A stretch of 64,000 nt of DNA from sequence record NC_101835.1. One strand, given 5' to 3'. The translations under genes were made by a program, and so were the position numbers. This DNA comes from a phage. This document shows, piece by piece, positions 8,907-18,555 of the stretch. The first letter of the stretch is position 1, and each line of letters opens with the position of its first letter. The notes beneath the pieces are model-generated. The model did no database searches. It worked only from the letters and a program-made list of their open reading frames with translations, and was not told the origin of the DNA.

Positions 8907-9115
8907 TCAACACACATGCATCTGAAGAGACATCCGAAGGAGTGACCATATGTCCCTTGGATGAGCCAGTTAAAGAGGAAAACTTAGATTCTGAGGACTC
9001 TTCATCTTCGTCCCAGACAGATCCTGAGGCTGATGACCTGACGTGGGAGGACATCGTAGATATCTGGTTCTCTATTATGCCTGAGCACGAAGAGTTCAGA
9101 GGTGGTAGACTATGA
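8903..9115 (+). CDS. small acidic serine-rich protein
   Basis: ATG after AGGTGG, coupled to upstream peptide; replaces the longer track ORF 8702-9115 which reads through the promoter. Confidence 0.35.
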   Translation: MINTHASEETSEGVTICPLDEPVKEENLDSEDSSSSSQTDPEADDLTWEDIVDIWFSIMPEHEEFRGGRL

Positions 9116-9234
9116 AGCACCGAGCCCACACAGGTTCCTCATGCTAAAGCATGGCCTGAAGAGGCAAACGTGCATAATTCCTGCGCATTTGGACGTATAA
9201 TCCTGTTCACACTCTCATTTCCAGAGGAGATTTT

Positions 9235-9450
9235 ATGAAGATAGAGATATTTGGTGGAGCTGACAACACTCGTGGCCTGATTTACCTTGAATTCGATGAA
9301 TCATACCTGCCAGAGGTGTTAAATATAGACTCTGTTGCTGAGGCTTTGGGAGTAAACCCTAAAGAACTCCACTCTTGTGCTGAGATCGATGGTTGGGAAG
9401 AGACCATGAACATTGATTTCAGTGAAGTAGAGGATGAACCGCTGGACTGA
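9235..9450 (+). CDS. small acidic protein
   Basis: GAGGAG RBS; MKIEIFGG.. acidic; last rightward gene before the non-coding zone. Confidence 0.5.
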   Translation: MKIEIFGGADNTRGLIYLEFDESYLPEVLNIDSVAEALGVNPKELHSCAEIDGWEETMNIDFSEVEDEPLD

Positions 9451-9800
9451 CACACAATTAGCTGCCCGGCTAAAGTGCTGGAAGCACCTATAACACATCT
9501 TTCAACTAAATTTCCTACCACCACAATCACTTACCTCCCACACATGACTGTTTGCTTGTTTAGTGAGCAGTCATGCCTTGACATTCTTGCCTATCCTGAT
9601 AAAATTAAGTTCTTCTCTTTTCTTTTACCGAGTAATTCGGGTTTTCTGTTCTCTTCGGTTTGAAGGGGTATGGAGATACACCTGAGTGAACAGGGTGAAC
9701 AACCGAACCTTTGGCTATGGCATTAGCATGGCGAAGCGGACGGGTGACGAAAGAGGGGCCGGAGGACACCAGTCACTGCCATATGATATATGGGTGATAA

Positions 9801-10342
9801 CCTGAAGAGTCTGAATAAGTGTTTAAGTACCAGTCAGAGGAAAAGGTGAATGGTAGCCGAAGGGGGGAGGGGGGTTTCTTGTATCTTTAATTTGTATATT
9901 ATGTATACACTTGTAAACCAATCTAATCTGAATCTGTTTACCACACAAAGCGGATAGAGACAAATATTGCCTATTAAACTTGAATTATTTATAGAAAATA
10001 CCACAACACTACTTAAGTCTTTGATTTTACACACAAATCCTGCAGATATTCACCCTCCATATTTAACATACTTGTAACATATTCCATACTCTACCTGCCC
10101 GATCAATTCACCCAACTACATCCCCATATTTTCCCTGTCTGTACTACCCCTGCCCCGCCGGGAGTCCCATCATATCTGGCTTTCCAGCAAATATCACACC
10201 CACAAATATCATTGCCTGAAGAGGGTTTCATCCCATAATACCTGCCTTACCTGAAGAGCGCTTCATACACCACGTAAATTTTTTAATTGACCTCCCCCTG
10301 CCCCGCCGGAGAGGTTGGCTTTTCCCACACAGACCTGAAGAG
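9801..10342. repeat. dispersed direct repeats (CCTGAAGAG x4; CCCCTGCCCCGCCGG x2)
   Basis: CCTGAAGAG at 9801, 10215, 10250, 10334; CCCCTGCCCCGCCGG at 10148 and about 10295; GACCTACAGG x2 near 10390-10450. Confidence 0.5.
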
Positions 10343-10918
10343 TCAGCCAGAAATATCTGAATAGGCCCAATTCTACCACGATTTTGACCTGACCTACAGG
10401 GAGGCCCGAAGGGTCTAGCTTTCAGCTAGAGTCCTTGCAGGACCTACAGGAGCGCTGCCAGGCGGACGGAATGGGAATACTTCTCATTCTTATAACAATT
10501 CTCAAATATCGAGGCAGTGAGAGAAATTAATAGGCCAGGCCGTTCACACAGTGGCACAACATTTGCAACCTATTTTGTGTGGATGAATGAGAATACCTAT
10601 CATTATGAGAATAGTTATCATTACTGGCAATTTAACATAATACCCATTATGCGCACCACTGGCGATCCATACAGGGATTGATAACATGAGTTACTGTTTA
10701 CGCATATAACAATTATATTTATTACTATTTGTGTTGGGTATAGTTAGCAGCCGATAGATTAGATATTGACCTGCAGACTTCCAACTGTCTAGACGTCTAA
10801 ACGCCCACACAGCAAGGATTATACATACACAACTGAATGTAAACAGGGCCGCAAAAATGCTACCATACCAGATTGTAAATTTTTCATGCAGCACTTGACA
10901 AAGAGGAGGAAAACTTGT

Positions 10919-10960
10919 CTGACATACTGTGACATAATATGACATAATAGTGACACACTG
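10919..10960. repeat. tandem 10-11 bp iterons (TGACATA-type)
   Basis: tgacatactg / tgacataata / tgacataatag / tgacacactg in direct tandem. Confidence 0.5.
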
Positions 10961-11052
10961 GGCATACTCAACACTGGATACAATAACAATTGTTACTATT
11001 GCATGCCTCACTGTTCACGCATAGATGATAAGCCATGCCATTCGTTTGCATG

Positions 11053-11312
11053 ACAATAATTAACTTGTTTACAATCTTTCACTGGCTATGCCAGGTGACC
11101 TTTGGTCACCCCTTCGGGTGTTTCTATGACATAATATAAAAGCAGGGCAACTATTAGAAGATCTATAGTTGCCTTGCTTGTTATGTCATGATTAACTAAA
11201 TACAAGGCAACTATGATCTGATTAATAGATTGCAGACAAACTATCACGGGGGTGATGGTTACTGCTTTTATATTATGTCGCGACTCCGTCGCGCCATGCC
11301 ATTCGTTTGCAT
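11053..11312. repeat. inverted-repeat element bracketed by 19-bp direct repeats
   Basis: CCATGCCATTCGTTTGCAT at 11053-11071 and 11294-11312; inverted arms 11127-11146 and 11262-11279; palindrome 11147-11174; GGCAACTAT 9-mer x4 in alternating orientation. Confidence 0.5.
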
Positions 11313-11972
11313 AGTTGCCTTATTGTTACAGGTAAAATAATTACATTATTAATTATTTCTTATCTTTCTCTTAGTCATCTAATGATTCCAGTCAGTATAG
11401 TAATGTACAGTAAACATTAGACGACTAAATATTTCTCTGTTTATGATAACTCACCGTGACAATTTCGGACTGTTTACGAAAAATGTTGACACCTAAGCTG
11501 ATTTATGTTATGCAGTTTACACGAATAATTATTTTATGCAGGTATTGACTATTCCGTTATTCTGTGGTTGGAATAAATACTTTGCAGGCTATAGAATGGC
11601 GTGCGTACATGAATTCTGAGATCTGGCGGCTATAGTTATACTCGATTTTTCACGTAGAACACGCTTTTTAGTTTGTGTAAGTGTATGACTTATAAGAATT
11701 TTTACTTGTTGACAAGATATTGAAGATCTGCATCAGGTTAAAATTTGTGCAATAGCTGCATTACGTGCAATTTTGGAAGGGAAAACGGGTAAAAATAGCC
11801 CTGCTACCACACAATGAAAAGTTATGCAATAGTTATTTTACATGTATATTTGTACAGTGTGTGGGGTTGATGGCTCGTCAATTATTCCACTTGCCAGGTA
11901 GGGCCGTTTATGGTAGGAGAAGAGCAGACAAAAAGAAAGGGGCCTAAGCCCCTTGATAATTCAGTTAAAAAA

Positions 11973-12392
11973 TTATAATGATTCGTATATTTCAAAAATC
12001 CGATTTGCCAGGTCGTTACGGTAGCGGAATTTTTCCTCACGTTTGATCATAAGATCTTTATAGCCGTACTCTTTAAGCACTTCATTAACTTTATGGCGGC
12101 ATACTTTCATATTATCCTGCGCGTCACCAATAAATCTGTTGCTATGGTGCATGGCTTTAATTTCTTCTTCCAGGACCAGGGCAACTATGCGGACCGGATC
12201 AAGCTGATAGGCGGTAACATCCATGCGGCATTGTAAACGGCTTTTTACGTCTGCCACCGGATATACTGCAACCTCTTCCCCGTCAACATTGACAATAATT
12301 AGTTTACCATCGATTTCGAATCCTTTCGCCGCCGGACCGTGACAAAAAGCGTTATCAAAGCTATATGCCGGATTATTAGATTTAATGTTCAT
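11973..12392 (-). CDS. hypothetical protein
   Basis: AAGAGG RBS before ATG; last gene of the leftward array. Confidence 0.55.
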   Translation of the reverse strand: MNIKSNNPAYSFDNAFCHGPAAKGFEIDGKLIIVNVDGEEVAVYPVADVKSRLQCRMDVTAYQLDPVRIVALVLEEEIKAMHHSNRFIGDAQDNMKVCRHKVNEVLKEYGYKDLMIKREEKFRYRNDLANRIFEIYESL

Positions 12393-12536
12393 GGTGTTTT
12401 TACCTCTTAGTTAATTTTCTTACAACTTCCCTTCAAAAAAGAATATAGCAAAACTGCCGATCCCTGTCAACCAGGGATAGCATAATTTTTATGTGATCAA
12501 GGGGCTTTATTGCCCCTGACCATGTAACTTGTTGTA

Positions 12537-12800
12537 TTATTTGTTGCTCATCCAGTTTTCCCAAGCTGCCTGATAATCTGCCTCACTACGGCGGATCTCT
12601 TCTTGCTCTTCAAGGCGGATCTCTTCTTCCAGGTACCCCAAGATGTCAGCCTTTTTAGTCTGGCGCAGCATCCAGTCATCTTTTTTGCGAGTGAAGATCT
12701 TATAAGCTTTCTCGCAAACCTCTTTTTTGCTACCTTTCTGGACTTCAAGAACACGATAAGCCATATATTGAACTAATTTGAGCTGATCAAGACGTTTCAT
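12537..12800 (-). CDS. hypothetical protein
   Basis: AAGAGG RBS. Confidence 0.55.
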   Translation of the reverse strand: MKRLDQLKLVQYMAYRVLEVQKGSKKEVCEKAYKIFTRKKDDWMLRQTKKADILGYLEEEIRLEEQEEIRRSEADYQAAWENWMSNK

Positions 12801-12860
12801 GATGTTTACCTCTTTGTGCGGTTCTGATTAGTGGGCCTTTTGGCCCGTGTCATTATCTTA

Positions 12861-13133
12861 TTACTTATGGCGGCAGAATTCAAGCGTTTTTAATTGATAA
12901 TCTTCCTCAGCTTGGAGTACGACCGCCTCGATCATTTCGTTGGCATTGTTAAAGCCATAACCTTTAGCGAACTCATCCGCGCCACCTTCGTGATCATGTT
13001 CTGCGTTCATCGCTTCCACAAAATGGAATTCCAAATTGTTGAGGTAGGGGCTTGATGTTCCGTCCTCTTTTTCGATGAGATCCCAAATAGCATTAAAACG
13101 TGATTCGACTTCTTGATTAATCCAGCTTGACAT
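12861..13133 (-). CDS. hypothetical acidic protein
   Basis: GAGAGGAAAA RBS. Confidence 0.55.
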   Translation of the reverse strand: MSSWINQEVESRFNAIWDLIEKEDGTSSPYLNNLEFHFVEAMNAEHDHEGGADEFAKGYGFNNANEMIEAVVLQAEEDYQLKTLEFCRHK

Positions 13134-13344
13134 AGTGTTTTCCTCTCTCCTGGTTGTTGTGTGGGCACTTTTGCCCCTTCAAGATAAATGTTACCCCACC
13201 CCATGGCAGATGTCAACGGTTTTTATAGTTCTTATATGACAGGCAGGCCCGGTGATTGTCTCCCCCCGTCGCCAGGTGCCTGCCGTGAAACAAGTATAAC
13301 AAAAAACAGGACCATTGCAAGCCCTGTTTTGTAGTTTATAAATA

Positions 13345-13536
13345 TTATATTTTTTCGCCTATGTAGTCCGGTCGGTTTTTCTCTGTCATGCGCTTTAGCA
13401 ATTCTTGCATGTTGCTTATGGCTTGTAGTGTATCCCCTTCCAGGCTTGAATCGACATAATCAGGATCGTCTATGACCTTTCTATGATTATGATAACGCAG
13501 TACCGCCAATACCTTTCTGACTTGTTCGATATTCAT
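13345..13536 (-). CDS. hypothetical protein
   Basis: AAGAGCGG RBS. Confidence 0.5.
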   Translation of the reverse strand: MNIEQVRKVLAVLRYHNHRKVIDDPDYVDSSLEGDTLQAISNMQELLKRMTEKNRPDYIGEKI

Positions 13537-13685
13537 TTTTACCGCTCTTTAAAACAAGGTGCCAACCGTTTCCAATAGATCACTGACTGCCAGGACAATA
13601 CCGATCAGCACATATCTAACCATAAGGGGAAAGAGCGCCAATATTGCCACCACAATCCCCAAGGTGATAATTATCTTTCTCATGG

Positions 13686-13970
13686 TTAACGGTTCACGTA
13701 AGTTTTCCCGTTCACGGTTATGGGCAGATCCTCCAGGTCTGGATCTTCCTTAAGGTCGCGAGCAAGCTCACCGCACCGGATACCCTCGAATCCGTAGTAC
13801 TCTGTTGTGCCGTCCTTAAAAGTTTTAGCGGCAAGGCATAAGCGATAAGTAACCCCGATTTGATTGACGGCATGAATATCCGTTAGATTAACCTCTTTTG
13901 CCAGCTCTTTAGCCATTACAGGCGCATTAAGTCCAACAACCAGGGCAACCACTGCGATCATCTTTTTCAT
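13686..13970 (-). CDS. small secreted protein (signal peptide)
   Basis: MKKMIAVVALVVGLNAPVMA signal-like N-terminus; GAGGATGG upstream. Confidence 0.5.
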   Translation of the reverse strand: MKKMIAVVALVVGLNAPVMAKELAKEVNLTDIHAVNQIGVTYRLCLAAKTFKDGTTEYYGFEGIRCGELARDLKEDPDLEDLPITVNGKTYVNR

Positions 13971-14061
13971 TGTGTCCATCCTCTTTCTGCTACGTTTAAG
14001 GCGGCGGTAACCGCCTGTTTATGCTTTGTTGGTTAATTTTCGGGTATAGGTATAAATTAAA

Positions 14062-14277
14062 CTATGCTGTACGCTCAACTATAACAACGGCTTGAGGGAT
14101 CTCACCTTCAACCACTATCAAGGCTTTTTTCTGCGTGATAGATATCTTTACCCGCTTCAGCGTGGCGGTAAAATCTTTCATTTCGTCACGTGGTGTTTTA
14201 GTGCAATACCAGATCTCAGGCTTGCCGATCTGTAAGTTGCGTAAAAATTCTGTTTTGCCTGTTTTGTTAGTGATCAT
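14062..14277 (-). CDS. hypothetical protein
   Basis: GTGAGG RBS. Confidence 0.5.
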   Translation of the reverse strand: MITNKTGKTEFLRNLQIGKPEIWYCTKTPRDEMKDFTATLKRVKISITQKKALIVVEGEIPQAVVIVERTA

Positions 14278-14286
14278 TTGGCAACC

Positions 14287-14391
14287 TCACCCGATACCGT
14301 TGGAAGACAAGATCGCATTAGCCATGGTTGCAATCAGGCCAATACCCAGGGCAATAACCAAGATCACTGCATCGATTAATTTCTGTTTCAT
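14287..14391 (-). CDS. small hydrophobic peptide (34 aa)
   Basis: MKQKLIDAVILVIALGIGLIATMANAILSSNGIG; AGAAGAGAA upstream; below track cut-off. Confidence 0.3.
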   Translation of the reverse strand: MKQKLIDAVILVIALGIGLIATMANAILSSNGIG

Positions 14392-14468
14392 GGTGTTTAT
14401 TCTCTTCTGTTAGTAACCTTATTCATGGGGCCGCTACCACAGCCCCAAGGTAAGGCAGCTATGTGCTT

Positions 14469-14714
14469 TTAGTGTTTCATTCCAACCATCGCGGCACGGA
14501 TCGCCGTAGTGCTGTACTTGAAGCCGTCCGGGGTCTTATCTTGTCCGGTTAGCTCCAGAAAAAGCATCATATCCCGCGCCGCATCATTACGATTAGCATT
14601 GGCGTTAATAAAGCCTTGGGCCAACCGGTACAATGACTCATCGTTATTAATCCAAAGGCTTACATTCCAATGAGTTTTGTTTTTGTAACCGTTATAACCT
14701 TTATTGCTTTTCAT
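14469..14714 (-). CDS. hypothetical protein
   Basis: AGAAGAGG RBS. Confidence 0.5.
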   Translation of the reverse strand: MKSNKGYNGYKNKTHWNVSLWINNDESLYRLAQGFINANANRNDAARDMMLFLELTGQDKTPDGFKYSTTAIRAAMVGMKH

Positions 14715-14805
14715 GGTGTTTACCTCTTCTTTGTTCCAGGTGGCGGATCATTCTACCACCTTATGTATTATGCTTTGTTAGATGGTTGTTTGTTGTCAAA
14801 CTATT

Positions 14806-14985
14806 TTACCGATAATCATCATATGCTTTATTTACCTGGCGAATATAACATTCAAAAGCCAAATCAATAGATTTATATTCACGGATATACTCACCATAGG
14901 AAACCACATACATTTCTATAGCTTCCTCATATGCGAGGAGAATAGAATCTAAGCCTACGATCTCAGTCTTTGCAATAATAGCCAT
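14806..14985 (-). CDS. hypothetical small protein (59 aa)
   Basis: MAIIAKTEIVGLDSILLAYEEAIEMY..; AAAGAGGATAAAAAATC before ATG; below track cut-off. Confidence 0.35.
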   Translation of the reverse strand: MAIIAKTEIVGLDSILLAYEEAIEMYVVSYGEYIREYKSIDLAFECYIRQVNKAYDDYR

Positions 14986-15060
14986 GATTTTTTATCCTCT
15001 TTGTGGTTGGTGGGGTTCGTTGCCCCTTTGATTTATATATTACAGTCTTATATGGTCATG

Positions 15061-15294
15061 TCAACTATTTTCAAAAAATTTTTCTGCTGTGATATTCTTC
15101 CCGGTAGGGTTCGCTACTTTCAAAATTTTATCATGCACTGGACGCCCAAAAGAATAAGCGCCGTACACAGTAAACCAATAATCGCCGTCAGGTTGTACTA
15201 TTACTGCCGCATATGGTACGCCTTTTTCGTTTTTGCTGACAAAATAGATCACGTTGCCATTAATAGCCTCGGCGCGTTTAATTTGTTCCATCAT
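15061..15294 (-). CDS. hypothetical protein
   Basis: AGAGAGG RBS. Confidence 0.5.
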   Translation of the reverse strand: MMEQIKRAEAINGNVIYFVSKNEKGVPYAAVIVQPDGDYWFTVYGAYSFGRPVHDKILKVANPTGKNITAEKFFENS

Positions 15295-15350
15295 GATGAT
15301 TTGCCTCTCTTTATTTTCATAATTGGGGGGCCTTTTCGGCCCCGCCAGGT

Positions 15351-15635
15351 TTATTTATTGATAGCGTGCAGCGGGAAAGGTACGCCAGGTTGATAGATAA
15401 CCTTTACAACCTCATCAGGACAAAAGAAGTTGCAGAACTCACCGCAATAGGCCTCATCCTCTTTCAACTCTTCATCAACATACTCAAAAAAGTAGTCGAT
15501 GCTTGGATAATCTTGACCAGGGTTATAATCAACCATAGTGAGGACCAGTTCAAGATCATTGCGGATGATATGCATACCAGCTTTTAAATACTTCGCTTCC
15601 ATTTTTACTACATCGCCAGCGGTAACAATAGCCAT
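15351..15635 (-). CDS. hypothetical acidic protein
   Basis: Start moved to MAIVTAG (AGGAG RBS); track start 15701 lies upstream of the RBS. Confidence 0.5.
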   Translation of the reverse strand: MAIVTAGDVVKMEAKYLKAGMHIIRNDLELVLTMVDYNPGQDYPSIDYFFEYVDEELKEDEAYCGEFCNFFCPDEVVKVIYQPGVPFPLHAINK

Positions 15636-15866
15636 GGTTTTAACTCCTGTTTCTGTTAATGATTGGAGGCATAACCCCCCTCGACAACTCTTATTATCCA
15701 TATTGTAGGGCTTGATGCAAGTACTTCTTTAAAAAAAAAAATTTTTTAAGTGCCTTGGAGGCCGCTGTAACGCCAAAATAATAAAGGCCATGCAACCGCA
15801 TAGCCTTTATGTGATTATATCGCTGCAGGCCCTGCTAGGGGCCTTATTTTGCATCATTTGCCGGAA

Positions 15867-16175
15867 CTATACAGAGAAAACATCGTTCACAATAGCGATC
15901 ACAATGCCGCCCACCTTGTCACGGTCAACAATGCACAAATCACCATAGATCATGTGGTAGTCTGGATGATCTTTCACGGAATAGTCAATGAGCGTTTTCT
16001 TGTCGTCCAGCTTTGTAACTTCCATTCTCATAACGATATGAGAATCATCAAAGGCATTATTCCGAAAAGTCATAGCCTGACCACCAGGGCACCCAGTGAT
16101 CTCCACTTCCACACCGTCTACGATCTGACCATCAAAGAAATAAAGATTATTAGCCAGGATAAACATGTTTATCAC
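15867..16175 (-). CDS. hypothetical protein
   Basis: AAGGAGTG RBS. Confidence 0.5.
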   Translation of the reverse strand: MINMFILANNLYFFDGQIVDGVEVEITGCPGGQAMTFRNNAFDDSHIVMRMEVTKLDDKKTLIDYSVKDHPDYHMIYGDLCIVDRDKVGGIVIAIVNDVFSV

Positions 16176-16214
16176 TCCTTGTTAACTGCGTGTTATTTTA
16201 CCACGATTAAAATT

Positions 16215-16258
16215 TACTTTACTGATGGCCCTGGCGTCAAGGCCATCTAAAAATAAAT
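16215..16258. repeat. 44-bp conserved hairpin element, copy 1
   Basis: TTTACTTTACTGATGGCCCTGGCGTCAAGGCCATCTAAAAATAA; hairpin GATGGCC/GGCCATC; directly follows the stop of 16259-16459. Confidence 0.55.
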
Positions 16259-16459
16259 TTACAGGCCTACAATCTCTTTGATTCGTTTAACTGCTGCCTC
16301 AGCGCCTTGGGGGTAGAAATTATGGTAACCGATCACGCGAGTGATACTAATCGCAGTTTGATGATCTTCATAATAGCCCTTGAAGATTTCTTGACCGTCA
16401 ATCAGCACGGCAATTTTTTCTTCTTTTTTGAAGTTAATAACGCGGATATTGTTGCTCAT
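16259..16459 (-). CDS. hypothetical protein
   Basis: AAAGGAGAAA RBS. Confidence 0.5.
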   Translation of the reverse strand: MSNNIRVINFKKEEKIAVLIDGQEIFKGYYEDHQTAISITRVIGYHNFYPQGAEAAVKRIKEIVGL

Positions 16460-16716
16460 TTTGTTTCTCCTTTCTGGTTTTTGTGTTGGTGGGGATTAGC
16501 TCCCCGTTGATTATTATTATCCATATTTCGGACCGGATTGCAACACCCCGGAAGAAAAATTTTTTGAAAAAGTTAGGCCCCCAGGGATCGGGGGCCGTTA
16601 TCAGTTACTTACAGCGATAAAATACATCCCTACGCCTAACAATATTTCAAGGGCGATGATCTCAAGCCATACCATAACCCGGCGCACCTTATCGGTGCGG
16701 GGCTTATCCTTGGTTG

Positions 16717-16964
16717 TCATCGTCTCCCCCTTTCATCCTGGTAGTAGTGACGTGGTTTACAATGGCCCCCAGGAGTACCATCACCACGCACATCACAAGA
16801 AAAATTATCTCTGTCGTTGTTCGATCCATTGTTATAAAATTCCTTAAGATCAGGCCTGAAAATAAAGCGTTCGTTATTGAATCCATCACGCCAGGCGGCT
16901 GGCTTCAAATCTTCATCAAAGGGATTAATTAACGTGGTATTATTTAAACGGCTGGCCCACATAT
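16717..16964 (-). CDS. hypothetical protein
   Basis: ATG after GAGAGGAATAGAAAAT; an alternative overlapping frame (16704-16889) also exists, so the call is uncertain. Confidence 0.3.
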
Positions 16965-17310
16965 TTTCTATTCCTCTCAAATAGGCGATCCGCCTCAGTT
17001 AAACAAATCTCATGGGCGTGATCTCTGGTTTTAGCTTCATCGAAAACCTGTTGTGCAAGGCTGCAGCGTAGGGAGACTGGAAGATCACTATAATAGGCGT
17101 TGACAAATGTTTGCGCGTCATACAGGTCGGAAAATACTTTACCCTTTCTATTATCGCCTTTGTCAACAATTGCAAGGATAACAAGTACAATAGTTGCAAC
17201 CACCCCCAGGAAAATAGATATAATAAACCATAAAAAGGCGGATCTACCCATCTTGCCAGCGATCCAGGCGTTAAACAAGGCAACTAATACGGCCAAAATA
17301 ATAAATTCCA
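16940..17310 (-). CDS. membrane protein (two predicted TM segments)
   Basis: AAAAGAGGTACATAGA before ATG (MEFIIL); hydrophobic ILAVLVALFNAWIAG and FLWFIISIFLGVVATIVLVILAIV. Confidence 0.5.
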
Positions 17311-17375
17311 TTCTATGTACCTCTTTTGCAGTTCTGTTTAACAATAAGGCGGCAAATATGCCGCCTGTTACCTGA

Positions 17376-17755
17376 TTAAAAATTATCGCCGTAAATCTTT
17401 CCGCTTTCTGCCCACACCACCACGCGGGGCATACTATCCCACACGTCTTGTTTTAGATTGAGCGCGTGCAATTCTTCGGTGGTGCCCATACCAGGCACGG
17501 GCTGATTGTATACTGCAAAACGACCACCCGCATAGTCATAGGCCAGAGTTAAATCACACTGGATCATCTTTTTGATCATGGCATTAAGCATGGCGTTAGC
17601 CGCATACTGATCACGTTTTAAAGGCAACTCTTTGATTAGTTTGCGATAGTTTTCAATGTGATCGCACACTGTTTCACGTGGAAGATCTTTCATATCCTCG
17701 CGAAAGGTAACCAGGTTAAACATGACGGTGTCAATAGCTTTAGTAGTGTTTTTCA
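17376..17755 (-). CDS. hypothetical protein
   Basis: AAAGAGGAAAACATC before ATG (MKNTTKAID). Confidence 0.5.
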
Positions 17756-17810
17756 TGATGTTTTCCTCTTTGTTTTGTGTGGGGGGCAAACGTCTTGCCC
17801 CTTGAGTTTT

Positions 17811-17838
17811 AATATAGCAGGTTTTTAGATTATTGCAA
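17811..17838 (-). promoter_or_regulatory. sigma70-like promoter (TTGCAA-N16-TATATT)
   Basis: On minus strand, followed by a GC hairpin (17781-17801) and RBS of 17376-17755. Confidence 0.4.
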
Positions 17839-17846
17839 CACTTTAT

Positions 17847-18470
17847 TTATGAAAAACTCATCTCTCCATATTCATCCACATCAAACCGCCAATCATTGGC
17901 CTCGATAAGGCCGATCAGGTTTTCGGTAGTAAATTGTTCAAGATAAGCTTGCTCCAGGTCTACGTAAACCTTGCGGGATAGTTCCCGTACGTTCTCGGTG
18001 ATCAACTCTTCCAGCTCTTCAACCTTACTTTCTTGCTTGGCTGTCAGGTCTAGCCATGTAGTATCGATGTACCCGCTTACAGTGTTTTCGTGACTATAGC
18101 GGCTATATGGATCACGCTCAACACTTGCGGATAGCTCGCCATCGTGCATTGTGCCGAACAAGTGACGAATTGAGCGGAATTTAGTCAGAGACTTGACTTT
18201 ACGCAAGAATTTTTCTAAATCCACGTTTTCCGCACTGATTGACGCGCCGTCGCCCTGGCACCAAAAGCCGGACCAATGTACCTTGGTATCTTCAAGGCCA
18301 TACTCTGGAAAGATATGTTCTTTATAGTCTTCAATTACACTTTCTGCAAAAAAGTTATCCCCGCTGTGTTCTTCTCTTTCGCGGACCATTTCAATAGCTT
18401 TTTCTTTTTGTTCATCGGTCAGCACGTCGAAAGATAAATTGTAACCTGTGGTAATGTTAACGGTGGTCAT
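17847..18470 (-). CDS. hypothetical acidic protein
   Basis: ATAGGAGAAAATATC before ATG. Confidence 0.55.
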   Translation of the reverse strand: MTTVNITTGYNLSFDVLTDEQKEKAIEMVREREEHSGDNFFAESVIEDYKEHIFPEYGLEDTKVHWSGFWCQGDGASISAENVDLEKFLRKVKSLTKFRSIRHLFGTMHDGELSASVERDPYSRYSHENTVSGYIDTTWLDLTAKQESKVEELEELITENVRELSRKVYVDLEQAYLEQFTTENLIGLIEANDWRFDVDEYGEMSFS

Positions 18471-18527
18471 GATATTTTCTCCTATTTTCTTTGTTAGTGG
18501 CGGGAAGTTTTCCCGCCTGTGTGTTTA

Positions 18528-18555
18528 AGTATACTTATCGAGATTTACTTGTCAA
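18528..18555 (-). promoter_or_regulatory. near-consensus sigma70 promoter (TTGACA-N16-TATACT)
   Basis: Minus strand TTGACA (18550-18555) and TATACT (18528-18533); then 5-prime UTR hairpin GGCGGGAAAACTTCCCGCC and RBS. Confidence 0.5.

Noticed and set aside
8702-9115. 137-aa ORF from the six-frame track
   Set aside because: It would read through a near-consensus promoter (8756-8784) and has no RBS at its TTG start; a small peptide (8805-8906) plus an acidic protein (8903-9115) with RBS and ATGA coupling explains the region better.
11765-11947. 60-aa plus-strand ORF in the non-coding zone
   Set aside because: No RBS, sits among repeats, and is convergent with the end of the leftward array; likely spurious.
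9451-11972. tRNA genes in the non-coding zone
   Set aside because: No T-loop-like GTTCGAATC-type motif or cloverleaf-compatible acceptor pairing found by eye; a tRNAscan run would settle it.
16215-16258. 44-bp hairpin elements as intrinsic terminators or sigma70 promoters
   Set aside because: No T-run follows the hairpin on either strand, and the embedded TTGACT...TAAAGT has only a 13-bp spacer.
14135-16510. Plus-strand track ORFs overlapping minus-strand genes (e.g. 14135-14413, 15001-15393, 15849-16250, 16307-16510)
   Set aside because: Opposite-strand overlaps of well-supported minus-strand genes with strong RBSs; no start signals of their own.
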